From assembly GCF_009914755.1 (NCBI RefSeq), contig NC_060929.1: DNA of 64,000 bases; one strand, written 5' to 3'. A model generated the notes under the pieces. That model searched no databases and was not told where the DNA came from. It saw nothing but the letters and a program-made list of their open reading frames with translations. Shown piece after piece: positions 16,670 through 30,092 of the stretch (within the stretch, counting starts at the first letter, position 1; each line of letters starts with the position of its first letter). A program made the translations under genes and the position numbers. Origin of the DNA: the human T2T-CHM13v2.0 reference genome, Homo sapiens.

Positions 16670-17302
16670 TGTCATGCCAAGCCTCAGGTTTCAGTCCATG
16701 TTGAAGTTTAAAGGGAGTGGGTTCAGGTGGCAGATAGCTGACATAACACTTGGGGGGCCATAGACAGGTGAAAGATGGTTTTATTCAGCAGCTCTCTTAC
16801 ACTGTCTGCCTTTGTCTCAGCTGCCTGTTCTGGCTCTGCAGCTCCTGCTGCTTCCACTCCTGCAACTACATTCCCTGACCTGCAAGGCTGGCTTTCCCTT
16901 ACAGGGTCTGCAGCTTCACATTCTCTCTCTCAGCACAAGCCAAGCCATGCCATATGTACAGCATCAGCAAGGCAGTTATACCTTTTACAAGCAATAGTGG
17001 CTCAGAGTTGGGTGACGAGCCTTCCCATGTTATGGCTACATAGCAGTGATTACATAACAAGTGGAGTTATGTGTCTGCACTCCGAACTGGCTGAGTCACA
17101 CTGGCCCTGATGTCTGCCTCGGCCTATTCTTGGCCACAGCACATCCATGTACTTTACACTCTACCCCCTAGGCCATAGGTCTTGGATACACAGGTTATAC
17201 ATACAAGCTTTGGGTACATAGGCTCAATATACACACACAGGCTTTATACATAAGTTTTGGGCACATAGGTTTGATATAAAGGTTCGGCACACAGACCTTA
17301 CA
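16670..17302 (-). mobile_element. ERVL solo LTR, LTR18-like
   Basis: TGT...ACA termini, a poly(A) signal on the - strand (ttttatt ~16779), resemblance to the recalled LTR18 consensus, and short internal repeats at 17175-17300. TSD not clear. Confidence 0.65.
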
Positions 17303-19384
17303 AGCTTGTTGTGAAATATCTAGTTATGTGTGTGTGTAGACATTACATATTTGTAGACCTGTTTATGAGTTCACATGAGCAAACAAACACACATGTGGGA
17401 ATTGAGTGGATGGGACAAACATAAACAAGGGATTCTGAAGGGAGAGACAGAGAGAAGATCCATCAATAAATATAATGTGAAAATTATATATTCAAGTTTG
17501 TGTGACATCATCTGAAAAATATTAGCTGTTATTTAGAAAATTCTCAGTTTTCAAAAAAAGACTATATTCACAAAACTTAAGAATTGATAGTTTGAAAGAA
17601 AAAATAAAGACTCCTGAATGCCTTCCTGTATACCTTAATTGATGTTATGAAAGAATGAGTTAGAATCGTATTCAGGAACCATGCCAGTACAAAAAAGAAA
17701 AAGAATAAAAAGCCATGCTATACTGAGCTTCAGTAATATTTTGGCATTATTTAGAAAGTACCTCATATGTTACTCCTCTGAAAAAGTAGGCTTTACATAC
17801 AAATCTTGAGTGTAGGTGTGTTCACACTTTTAGGCTAAAGACTTTATAGGCTAAAGAGGGTGAAGATTATAAACTTTTGAGCATCATAGTACTACAAATA
17901 AATACTTGCACACTCATACACACTAACTCTGGCTACAGGGTAATTTAAATGCCACAGGGTAATTTAATTCATTATTCTTTGCTACTTTTACTTCAGGTGT
18001 TCAGTTGTGGACAAAAAGGCTCAGAACAGTCAAACTAGTTCTGTACATGGAAATAGTCTGAAACAAGAAAATAAAAAACCCAAGGACAGTTCACGTTAGA
18101 TTTCTAAAATCATCACAGTGCTAAACTATAAAATTTACTTTTCCAGGTGTAAAGCAGATGCTACAAGATTATTTTAAAGTATTTTCTTTTCTTCAAGGAC
18201 TTTTCTTTCAATATATTCTCAAGATGACATACCAATCATTCACACTTGTGTTGAATACATTCCAAATATCCTAAGTGGGAGTACATACCTTCTAACAAAA
18301 ATCAAACAAAGGCTTTTGAGGGTTTATGTAACTGGTGTTTTATTGAGAGACATTGCTTTTCTAGCATTTCAGGAGAATTCCCGGAAAACAAGTTAAAATA
18401 TACTAGGAATATTATTATTAAGAAGTAATCAGTGATATTAACTTAAAGAAAATTTAATAAGATCTATTTTTATTTACAGAATACTTAATCCTCATTAGAT
18501 GAGACAATAGTCAGCTCATTGCAATAAAAGACTTTCTGTTGGACAAAACAGGTATGAAATAGTTGGGGAAAGAAATTTGATAATATCATAAAATACGTGA
18601 ATGACAAACCCCATTTTTTAGTAAACTTACATGTAACCCAAATGTAACAGACATTAATATATACAGGACGTAAACTTTATAGTCAGGTTGAACAGAAGTA
18701 AATTCAATTTTATTGCACCATAGGTAAACCTAAGAAAATATTTGGACTTCTTTCCCAAAATATGTCACTCGTTCTGTGTCCTAAAAACAAATAACAGAAA
18801 AATACAGTTTACATATATATGTAGCAAACACAAAGCTGATTGATCATCATTATACAATGTACATGTATTTAAATCATTATGTTGTGTCATTCAAATATTT
18901 TAAACTTAAAAAAATTTAATTAAAAAAATTTAAATTAGAATCCATAAAGCTGTGAGTAAGGCTTTGATAGATGTCTTTGTGTTCCATCACAGGCAATCCT
19001 GTAAACCCTAAATGAGGGGAAAGCTTGACATGCACATCCAACAGTGACCAAAAATCCATTATGGAAAAACAGTTATACAGTGGCTGAGGCATTTTTCTAG
19101 GTTAATTGGGATGTGGCAATATAGCAGAATCCTCCCTCTGACTATACTCACTAGTTTCCAATGACTACAGCAAAAAAAATTTCACCTTGTGACCTAGGAA
19201 AACAGTATATCTCAGGAGAATAACCCTGGCTGTCTGCTAATTTCATCCATACCAGTGAGGCATTTGCTGATAAATGCCGGGGAAAAGCTTCTGTAGGCTG
19301 TCTAATGTGCAATTATCATAACCTCATTTGGAAAAATCTCCAGAACCACACCCATGGGGACCCTCCCAAGATAAAAACACCCCC

Positions 19385-19625
19385 ACCTCAGCCCTCTCTC
19401 CTTTACTATTTCCCCTTCTCTGCCTCCTCTTCATCTGGGGCTCTTCCTCAGACCTCTGTTTCCTTCCTCTCACTTCTTTTTAGTTTTTTTCTATCTCTTG
19501 TTCTCCTCCCCATGTTTTCTTCCTCTTTTTCTCTATTTCTTCCTCCACCTTCTCCATTTCCTCATCCCCTGACACTTCTTTTGTCATAGCTTCCTTTCTC
19601 TCTATTCCTCTTGTTCCTCTCATCT
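19385..19625. repeat. Pyrimidine-rich (CT) low-complexity tract
   Basis: About 240 bp, almost all C/T on the + strand. Confidence 0.75.
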
Positions 19626-21260
19626 GCTTGAAGTAGTCTTTTGGGATTCTTTGGGATGGAGACTTTGGGGATGGATGTGTCTCCAAGCATATTCTTTGCA
19701 GAGCCTATTTCAGCAGCTCTTCACAGGGGTCCCATCCTTTGCCCCACCACAGGCTTCATCTTTGGTTCATGCTGACCCTTTGTAGCCCAAACACATCATT
19801 CCCTTTGAGGAGGTAGAGTGGTTAGAGAGATAAACATGTTATTAGAAATCAAAATCCTATTTATTTATTGCCATCAGCAATACATTTAGGCCAGATTTTC
19901 AAAAGCCCTCCCTTTTCAGAGCCTACCATTTTTAAGGTTCCTGCTTAATTTATGCTTAAAGCCAATTAATTGTTTCCTGAAAAAAGGTAAAAAGCCAATC
20001 TGCTCTCATAAAATTGAATGCTGTTTCTTTGAAAATTTTCCCAGAAATGTTGGTGGAATTGTTCTATTCATCAAGACTCAAAAGATCAAGAGAATGAAAA
20101 TATTTAGGAGAAAACAACAACAACTTCAAAAATGCCAATGCTGTGTCTACTGTCTCTAATGGTTTAGATAGAAGATGTTAGAGCCAGCAACTGATAGCAT
20201 TGATGAATTATGAGGGCTTATATATCAGAAATGAAATGGTTAAAGTAAATTATGCTTAAGGCATGCAAATGCATCATCCCCCACTACTGTTTAATTATAT
20301 TAGTAAATAGTCCACAGTCAGACTCCAAGAGAAAAAGCCCTTTGGAGCTGTGTTGGTGGGTGCTTTGTTCATGAAGTAAATGCAAACATGGCCCTATGAA
20401 TTCACAACCTTGGAATGCAAATGTTTTCCCCCATAGTAACATTAACAACTGTCTGATAAAGAAAACTGAGTTGCTGGATTATATACCCACAGTTCCCCTC
20501 TTTAAAAATTCTGTTTGTTTCTTACACTGTGAATTGTTTTATGATAAAAGTAGGGGTTAAAAACAGTGCTTGTCTGTGTTGTTCTTGACAGAATTTCAAA
20601 TGCAACCAAATTCTCTCATCCTACTTAAACCAGACAAAAAATTATTGCTTTCATGTGCTCTTACTGAATCCTATCAGCTGTTTCCTGATTCACAATTTAG
20701 TATGTGATCATGACATTCTTATCTGTGAGTAACCCAAATTAAAGTTTACCTTGGCCTCTTTTTTAGATTTTCTTATTGGATGAAAGAGACATCCTTAGCA
20801 TTCAGTGGCAACTATGTTAATGAAAATGACCCTAGCCAGCCATCCTGGCACTAAATATGTGTGGTTTGCTAATTACAAAAGGAAAAAAAAACCCTCTATT
20901 ATGTCAGATTAAAATCTTTATCCCTTAACGAGCAGCAAGCTCAGAGTTTCTTTGTCTGAATGGTGTCTTCAAATCAATTGTTCTGTATCAGAGTCCAGGA
21001 AATCTGATTTTGTAGCTGAAAAATTCAACATAAACTTATATATTTGTATATAAATAGAAATTTATATTTTGAAAAATATAAGAAATATTTTAAATAGGTA
21101 AAAGCATGATCTGAGAATGAAAACAATGCCAGTTCATTGTTTAAAATGTGTTATTCAGTTTCAAGTAAAAAAATACATATATATACATGATCTTGAGACA
21201 TTTACATTTGTCCAAATGATCATAAAAGGTTTACATTGGAAAGAACTTTAGAGGCCATCC

Positions 21261-21428
21261 AATGGTTCTCAAATTCAGTTTGCCTCAGAAGCACCTGAAG
21301 GGCTTGTTAAATAACAGATCATGGGCTCACCCATATCGTTTCTGAGTCCATAGAAACTTTGCATTTCCAATATGTCCCAGGTGATGCTAATGTTGCTATT
21401 CTACAGGCCACACTGTGAAGACCTTTGA
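21261..21428. mobile_element. MER5-like hAT DNA transposon inside a MIR-like remnant (~21235-21560)
   Basis: tggttctcaaa...cagaagcacctgaagggcttgttaaa...caggtgatgctaatgttgct. The flanks ggaagaactttagaggccatc / ctagttcaaccctcttgttttacaga are MIR-like. Confidence 0.7.
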
Positions 21429-21568
21429 CCTAGTTCAACCCTCTTGTTTTACAGACTAGAAACCTACAGTTTCAATACATTGTCCAATGCTAAACAACTT
21501 TTGAGTTGGTGAGGTAAGAAAAGAACCTGGTTCTTCTTGTACTCAGCTTAATTGTAGGTTTTCCACAC

Positions 21569-21738
21569 CAGTGCTTCTCAAACTCTGATGTGCATACAAA
21601 TAACCTGGGGAACCTTTCAAAACACAGCCTGTGATTCAGTAGGTCAGGGAGGGGAAACTGGGCTTCTACATTCACAACAGGCTCTGTCCCAGGTGCTGTC
21701 CTAACAGCTGGTCCACAGACACATTTCAAGTAGCAAGG
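21569..21738. mobile_element. MER5-like DNA transposon
   Basis: cagtgcttctcaaact...tgattcagtaggtc...ggtccacagacacatttcaagtagcaagg. Confidence 0.7.
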
Positions 21739-21811
21739 TCCTGCAATGTGGTATGCAATAGTGTTGTCCTTTTTATTTTAATTATTTACACTAAAAATGT
21801 AGGACAGATGT

Positions 21812-23005
21812 TCTTTTTTTAATAGACCATTTTAAAGAGCAGTTTTAGGTTCACAGCAAAATTGAGCAGAAGGCACAGAGATTTTCCATACACCTTCTCC
21901 TCCCCCACCCACATTTCCACAGCCTCTCCCACTATCAACATCCAGAATCATGGTGGTACATTTGCTACAATAGATGAACCAACATTGACATATGATTATC
22001 ATCCAAAGTCCATAGTTTACTTTAGGGTTCATTCTTGGTGTTGTATCTTCTGAGTTTTGACAAATGTGTAATGACATGTATCCACCATTATAGTATAATG
22101 CAGAATAGTTTCACTGTTTTAGAAATTCTCCGTGCTCTGCCTCTTTATCATTTCTTCACACCTAACCTGGAAACCACTTATCTTTTTACTATCTCTACAG
22201 TTTTGCCTTTTCCAGAATGCATATAGTTGGAACCAGAGTATGTAGCCTTTTCAGATTCACTTCTTTCACTTAATAATATGCATTTAATATCCTCCATGTG
22301 TTTTCATGGCTTGATAGCTTACTTTGTTTTAGTGCTAAATAATATTTTGTTGTTTGTATATACCACAGTTTATCCATTCACCTAACTGAAAATATTTTGG
22401 TTGTTTCCAATTTTGAACAATTATGAATAAAGCTGCTATAAACATCTGTGAATGGGTTTTTCATCAACATAAATTTTTAATTCACTTGAGTAAATACCAA
22501 GGACCATGATTGTATGGTAAGAATATGTCTCTTTAAAAAAAAAAAAAAAACTACCAAACTGCCTTACAAAATGGCCATACTATTTTGCACTATCAAACTG
22601 CTTTACAAAATGGCTGTACTATTTTGCATTCCTACAAGCAATTAATGAGAGTACCTGTTGCTCTACATAATCACAGCATTTAGTGTTGTCAGTGGTGTTC
22701 TGGATTTTGGCAATTCTTGTAGATGTAAGTGGTATCTCATTGCTGCTTTAATTTGCAATTCCCTAATGACATATGATGTGAAGTATCTTTTCATATCCTC
22801 ATTTGGCATCTGTATATCATCTTTGTGAGGTGCCTCTTCAGGTCTTTTGCCCATTTTAAAATCAGGTTATTCTTTTTGTCATTGTTGAGTTTTAAGAGTT
22901 CTTCGTGTGTTTTAGATAACAGTCCTTTCAGACATGTATTTTGCATATCTGTGTCTTTGCAGGCTATGACAAATCTTCTCATTTCCTTTATAGTAATTTT
23001 TAAGG
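21812..23005 (-). mobile_element. L1MC-like 3' fragment
   Basis: aagagcagttttaggttcacagcaaaattgagcagaagg is a typical L1MC1/2 3' end. ORF2 C-terminal remnants at 22663-23018. Confidence 0.85.
22551..22628. repeat. 39-bp tandem duplication following an A16 run
   Basis: ctaccaaactgccttacaaaatggccatactattttgca / ctatcaaactgctttacaaaatggctgtactattttgca (35/39 identical). Confidence 0.9.
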
Positions 23006-23214
23006 CAAGAGACATCATTTCTTAACTAGAATTAATTCTTTCATAAAGTTTAGCTTTATTGATTAGCACTAAATATATGTCATATAAGTACATGAAGTGT
23101 TAAAAATGTCTTTTAAACTATCTTTTTATTACTTAAGAAAAAGAAGCATACTCTGAATATGCTAGGTATTTTTGTATATGTATTACATAGCCATTGCTTG
23201 CTTATATATAAAAG

Positions 23215-23500
23215 TATTCATTCATTCAACAGCATTTATTACCAAGCAATTTCCCTGTGCTAAGGACTTGGAATACTAGAGTCATAAGACCCAATCTCTG
23301 TCATCAAGTCTACTTAGGAAGGTAACTGTAAAATAAAATACAGTGTAATACAGTAGATGTTAGCACAAGCAGTATATACAAGAATAAAAAGACTTCTAGA
23401 AAGAAGTATTTATGGATGACTTTCCAGACAAGGTGACTTCTGAGCTGGATTTGAAAGTACATATGGGAGTTTCACAGATTTGGAGTGGGGAGCAATTGGA
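23215..23500 (-). mobile_element. L2 fragment
   Basis: ttcattcattcaacagcatttatt...tgtgctaagg is an antisense L2 3' end. Confidence 0.65.
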
Positions 23501-23542
23501 GAAAGACAGACATTTCAGAATGAGATGTAGTAGAATTTAAGA

Positions 23543-26500
23543 TATTATGATTAGGATCATGGCGGGCAGTAGTCTGGGCTAGATTGCAGCTCTGGACAGA
23601 GCAGCCAGTGGCTCATATTGTGAATTTTAGCTTCAGATCAACTGCAAGAAAAAACCAGCAATCCCGAGAGGACCCACAGACCCTCTGAAGGAAGCAGACT
23701 GCTCCTGCAGGACCTAGGAGACCCCCCAAAACTGTGAGTGCCCCAACTGCGGAAGTGGGAAAGGGAGAGCCTTCACTCCCAGACACACACCCCCACTGGA
23801 GAAGCTGAAGGTCTGTTTGCAGGAGAAGTTTTCGTCTTTACCTGTAGTGGAGTCAATTTGGAGAGCTGAGTGAAATACAGGGGTAGAGGAAGCAGCAGAA
23901 AGGCCCTGGGAGCTTGCTGGGTCCCCTAGCAGGCCACTCCTGCCTGGCACCACAGGGATCCAACACGAGAGGAACAGGGGGTAAAACTCCACAGCGAGAA
24001 GGAAATCTTTAGCTGAAATTTGCAACAATTTGAATGGGGTGAGAAACCTACTGGCCAGAACTCAGGGGAGTGTGCAAATCCAGTGTGCAGACTCCACAAG
24101 CTGGGGAAGAACCAAGCCCTTTCCTTTCACAGTTGGAAGGCAGATAGCCTGGGGCAGGTTTTCAAGCCTGTATTGCTCTCTGCTTGGAAACTGTCTGGGT
24201 GCTGTAGCAGGGAGAGAACGGTGGGAGTGAGACCAGCCCTTCAGTTTGCGTGGGAGCTGGGCGAGGCCTGTGACTGGTGGCTTTCTCTCACTTCCCTGAC
24301 AACCTGCGTGACTCAGCAGAGGCAGCCATAATCCTCCTAGATACAAAACTCCCGTGACCTGGGAATCTTATCCCCATACCCCACAGCAATCACAGCAAGA
24401 TCCGCCCAAGGAGAGTCTGAGCTCAGATGGTCCTTCCCTACCCACCTTGGTAGCAGAAAAACCAGAGCATATAATCGTGGGAGTTCTAGGGCCCCATCCA
24501 TTGCCAGTTCCTTCCCATAATACCACAGCTGATGCTTTCTGGAAATCAGCACCTCCTAGGAGGAGATTATCCAGCATAAAAATAGAACATTAAACCACCA
24601 AAGCTAAGAACCCTCATGGAGTCCACCGCACCCCCCTCTGCCAGAACAGGCACTGGTGTCCACAGCTGAGAGACCCTTTCACATCACAGGATGCTTTGCA
24701 GACAACCCCCAGTACCAGCCCAGAGCTGGGTAGGCTTGCTGGGTGACTAGACCCAGAAGATAGACAACAATCACTACAGTTTGGCTCACAGAAAGCCACA
24801 TCCATAGGAAGAGGGTGAGAGTACTACATCAAGGGAACACCCCATGGGACAAAAGAATCTGAACAACAGCCTTCAGCCCTAAACCTTCCCTCTGACAGAG
24901 CCTACCCAAATGAGAAGGAACTAGAAAACCAACCCTGGTAATATGACAAAACAAGGCTCTTCAACAATCCCAAAAAATCACACTAGTTCACCAGCAATGG
25001 ATCCAAATCAAGAAGAAACCCCTGATTTACCTGAAAAAGAATTCAGGAGGTTAGTTATTAAGCTAATCAGGGAGGGACCAGAAAAAGGCAAAGCCCAATG
25101 CAAGGAAATTTAAAATATGATACAAGAAGTGAAAGGAGAAATATTCAAGGAAATAGATAGCTTAAAGAAAAAAACAATAAAAAATTCAGGAAACTTGGGA
25201 CACACTTTTAGAAATGTGAAATTCTCTGGAAAGTCAGCAATAGAATTGAACAAGCAGAAGAAAGAAATTCAGAGCTTGAAGACAAGGTCTTCAAATTAAC
25301 CCAATCCAAAAAAGATAAAGAAAAAAGAATAAGAAAATATGAACAAAGCCTCCAAGAAGTCTGAGATTATGTTAAACAATTAAACCTAAATCAGTGTTCC
25401 TGAGGAAGAAGAGAATTCTAAAAGCTTGGAAAACATATTTGGGGGAATAATCGAGGAAACCTTCCGCAGCCTTTCTAGAGACCTAGACATCCAAATACAA
25501 GAAGCACAAAGAACACCCAGGAAATTCATCACAAAAAGATCTTTGCTTAGAACATTGTCATCAGGTTATCCAAAGTTAAGACGAAGGAAAGAATCTTAAG
25601 AGCTGTGAGACAGAAGCACCAGGTGACCTATAAAGGAAAACCTATCAGATTAATAGCAGATTTCTCAGCAGAAACCCTACAAGCTAGAAGGGACTGGGGT
25701 CCTATCTTCAGCCTCCTCAAACAAAACAATTATCAGCCAGGAATTTTGTATGCAGTGAAAATAAGCATCATACATGAAGGAAAGATCTAGTCTTTTTCAG
25801 ACAAACAAATGCTAAGAGAATTCGCCATTACCAAGCCACCACTGCAAGAACTGCTAAAAGGAGCTCTAAATCTTGAAACAAATCCTGGAAACACATCAAA
25901 AGAGAACCTCTTTAAAGCACAGATCACACAGGACCTATAAAACAAAAATACAAGTTAAAAAGCAAAAACAAAAAACCAAAGTTCACAGGCAACAAAGACA
26001 CGATGAACGCAACAGTACCTCACATTTTAATATGAACATTGAATGTAAATGTCCTAAATATTCCACTTAAATACAGAACTGCAGAATGGATACAGAACTG
26101 CAGAATGGATAAGAACACACCAACCATCTGCTGCCTTCAGGAGACTCACCTAGCACACAAGGATTCACATAAACTTAAAGTAAAGGGGTAGAAAAAGGCA
26201 TTTCATGCCAATGGACACCAAAAGCAAGCAGGGTCAGCTATTCTTATACCAGACAAAATAAACTTTAAAGCAACAGCAGTTAGAAGAGACAAAGAGGGAC
26301 ATTATATAATGGTAAAAGGTGTAAAAGGCCTTGTCCAACAGGAAAATGTCACAATTCTAAACATATATGTCCCTAACACTGGAGCTCCCAAATTTATAAA
26401 ACAATTACTAATAAACCTAAGAAATGAGATAGACAACAGCACAATAATAGAGGAGGACTTCAATACTCCACTGACAGCATAGACAGGTCATCAAGACAGA

Positions 26501-29500
26501 AAGCCAGCAAAGAAACAAATGGATTTAAACTATACCCTGGAACAAATGGACTTAAGGGATATACACAGAACATTTCATCCAACAACTGCAGAATACACAT
26601 TCTATTCGACAGCACGTGGAACTTTATCCAAGATCAACAATATGGTAGGTCATAAAACAAGTCTAAATAAATTTAAGGAAATAGAAATTATATCAAACAC
26701 TCTCTCAGACCACAGTGGAATAAAACTGGAAGTCAGCTCCAAAAGGAACGTTCAAAACCATGCAAATACATGGAAACTAAATAACCTGCTCCTGAATGAG
26801 AACTGGGTCAAAAAAATGTAATCAAGATGGAAATTTAAAAATTCTTTGAACTAAATGACAATAATGGCAAAACCTATCAAAACATCTGGGATACAGCAAA
26901 GGCAGTGCTAAGAGGAAAGTTCATGGCCCTAAACACCTACATCAAAAAGAATGAAAGAACACAAACTGACACTCTAAGGTCACACCTCAAGGAACTAGAG
27001 AAACAAGAACAAACCAAATCCAAACCCAGAAGAAGAAAGGAAATAACCAAGATCAGAGCAGAACTAAATGAAATTGAAACAAACAACAACAACAACAAAA
27101 TACAAAAGATAAGAGAAACAAAAAGTTCATTGAAAAGATAAATAAAATTGATAGATCATTGGCGAGATTAACCAAGAAAAGACAGAAAGTCCAAATAACC
27201 TCACTAAGAAACAAAACAGGAGATATAACTAACACCACTGAAATACAAAAGATCATTTAATGATACTATGAACACCTTTACGGACATAAACTAGAAGATT
27301 AGCAGAGACGGACAAAGTCCTGGAAAAATACAACCCTCCTAGCTTAAATTAGGAAGAGTTAAATACCCTGAACAGACCAATAACAAACAGCAAGATTGAA
27401 ATGGTAATTTAAAAATTACCAACAAAAAAAGTCCAGGACCAGATGGATTCACAGTAGAATTCTACCGGATATTCAAAGAAGAATTGGTGCCAATCCTTTT
27501 GACACTATTCCCCAAGATAGAGAAAGAAGGAACCATCCCTAATTCATTCTATGAAGCCAGGATCACCCTAACACCAAAACCAGGGAAGGACATAGCCAAA
27601 AAAGAAAACTGAAGACTGATATCCTTGATGAACATAGATGCTAAAATCCTTAACAAAATACTTGCCAGCTGAATCCAACAACACATCAAAAAGATAATCC
27701 ACCATGATCAAGTGTGTTTCATACCAGGGATGCAGGCATGGTTTAACATACTCAAGTCAATAAATGTGATACCCCACATAAACAGAATTAAAAACAAAAA
27801 CCACATGATCATTTCAGTAAATGCAGAAAAAGCATTAGACAAAATCCAGCATTGATTTATGATTAAAACTCTCAGCAAAATCAGCATACAAGGGACATAC
27901 ATTAGTGTAATAAAAGCCATCTATGACAAACCCACAGCCAACACAATACTGAATAGGGAAAAGTTTAAAGCATCCCCTCTGATAACTGGAACAAGACAAG
28001 GATGCCCACTCTTACCACTCCTCTTCAACATAGTACTGGAAGTCCTAGCCAGAGCAATCAGACAAGAGAAATAAATAAAGGGCATCCAAATCAGTAAAGA
28101 GGAAGTCAAACTGTCGCTGTTTGCTGGCGATATGATTGTTTACCTTGAAAACCCTAAGGACTATTCCAGAAAGCTCTTAGAAATCATAAAATAGTTCAGC
28201 AAAGTTTCTGGGTACAAGATTAATGTACACAAATCAGTAGCTTTTCTATACGCCAACAGCAATGAAGCAAGTTCAAATTGTTTCAGTTCCAATCAAGAAC
28301 TCAACCCCTTTTACAACAGATGCAAAAAAATAAAAGACTTAGGAATATACCTAACCAACGAGTTGAAAGACCTCTACAAGGAAAACTGCAAAACACTGCT
28401 GAAAGAAATCATAGACTACACGAACAAATGGAAACACATCCCATGCTCATAGATGGGTGGAATCAATATTGTGAAAATGACCATACTGCCAAAAGCAATC
28501 TACAAGTTCAATGCAATCTCCATCAAAATACCATCATTCTTCACAGAATTAGAAAAAAACAATTCTAAAATTCATATGGAACCAAAAAAGAGCCCACATA
28601 GCCAAAGCAAGACTAAGCAAAAAGAACAAATCTGTAGGCCTCACATTACCTGATTTCAAACTACACTATAAGGCCATAGTCACCAAATCAGTGTAGTAGT
28701 GGTACAAAAATAGGCACATAGACCAAAAGAACAGAATAGAGAACCCAGAAATAAACCCAAATACTGAGAGCCGACTGATCTTCGACAAAGCGAACAAAAA
28801 CATAAAGTGGAGAAAGGACATCTTTTTCAACAAATGGTGCAGGGATAATTGGCTAGCCACATGTAGGAGAATGAAACTGATTCCTCAACTCTCACCTTAT
28901 ACAAAAATCAACTCAAGATGGATTAAGGACTTAAACATAAGACCTGAAACTATAAATATTCTAGAAGACAACATTGGAAAACCCCTTCTAGATATTGGCT
29001 TAGGCAAGGATTTCATGACCAATAACCCAAAAGCAAATGCAATAAAAACAAAGATCAATAGCTGTGACCTAATTAAACTAAAGAGATTTTTCACTGCAAA
29101 AGGAGCAGTCAGAGTAAACAGACAACCCACAGAGTGGGAGAAAATCTTCACAATCCATATGTCTGACAAAGGACTAATATCCAGAATCTATAACGAACTC
29201 AAACAAATCGGTAAGAAAAAAAAAAAAACAATCCCATGAAAAAGTGGGCTAAGGACATGAATAGACAATTCTCAAAAGAAAATATACAAATGGCCAACAA
29301 ACATATGAAAAAATGCTCAACATCACTTATGATCAGGGAAATGCAAATCAAAACTGCAATGTGATACCACCTCACTCCTGCAAGAATGGCCATAATCAAA
29401 AAATCAAAAAACAGTAGATGCTGGTGTGGATGCAATGAATGGGGAACACTTATACACTGCTGGTGGGAATGTAAGCTAGTACAGCCACTGTGGAAAACAG

Positions 29501-30092
29501 TGTGGAGCTTCCTTAAAGAACTAAAAATAGAACTACCATTTGATCCAGCAATTCCACTACTGGGTATCTACCCAGAGGAAAAGAAGTCATTATTCGAAAA
29601 AGATGCTTGCACACACATGTTTACAGCAGCACAATTCACAATCGCAAAATCATGGAACCAACCCAAATGCCCATCAATCAATGAGTGGATAAAGAAATTG
29701 TGGTATATATATATACAATGGAATACTGCTCAGTCATAAAAAGGAATAAATTAACAGCATTTGCAGTGACCTGGCTGAGAATGGAGACTATTATTCTAAG
29801 TGAAGTAACTCAGGAATGGAAAATCAAATATCATGTGTTCTCACTGATATGTGGAAGCTAAGCTGTGAGGATACAAAGGCATAAGAATAATGCAATGAAC
29901 TCTGGGGACTTGGAGGGAAGAGTGGGACGGGGGTGAGGGATAGAAGACCACAAATATGGTGCAGTGTACACTGCTAGGGTGATGGGTGCACCAAAATCTC
30001 ACAAATCACTGCTAAAGAACTTACTCATGTTACCAAGTGCCACTTGTACTCCAATAACTTATGGGAAAAAAGTAAATAAAAAATTTTTAAAA
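23543..30092 (+). mobile_element. Full-length L1PB1-like element (ORFs disrupted)
   Basis: Long 5'UTR, ORF1 remnant ~24910-25880, ORF2 remnant ~26000-29860, and L1PB1-type 3'UTR (gggtgcaccaaaatctcacaaatcac). TSD AGAATTTAAGA at 23532-23542 and 30093-30103. Confidence 0.9.
26071..26111. repeat. 19-bp perfect tandem duplication in the L1 endonuclease region
   Basis: atacagaactgcagaatgg x2. Confidence 0.9.

Noticed and set aside
17175-17300. Short spaced repeats as a CRISPR-like array
   Set aside because: There are only 2-3 degenerate units with no unique spacers, they lie inside an LTR, and the context is eukaryotic.
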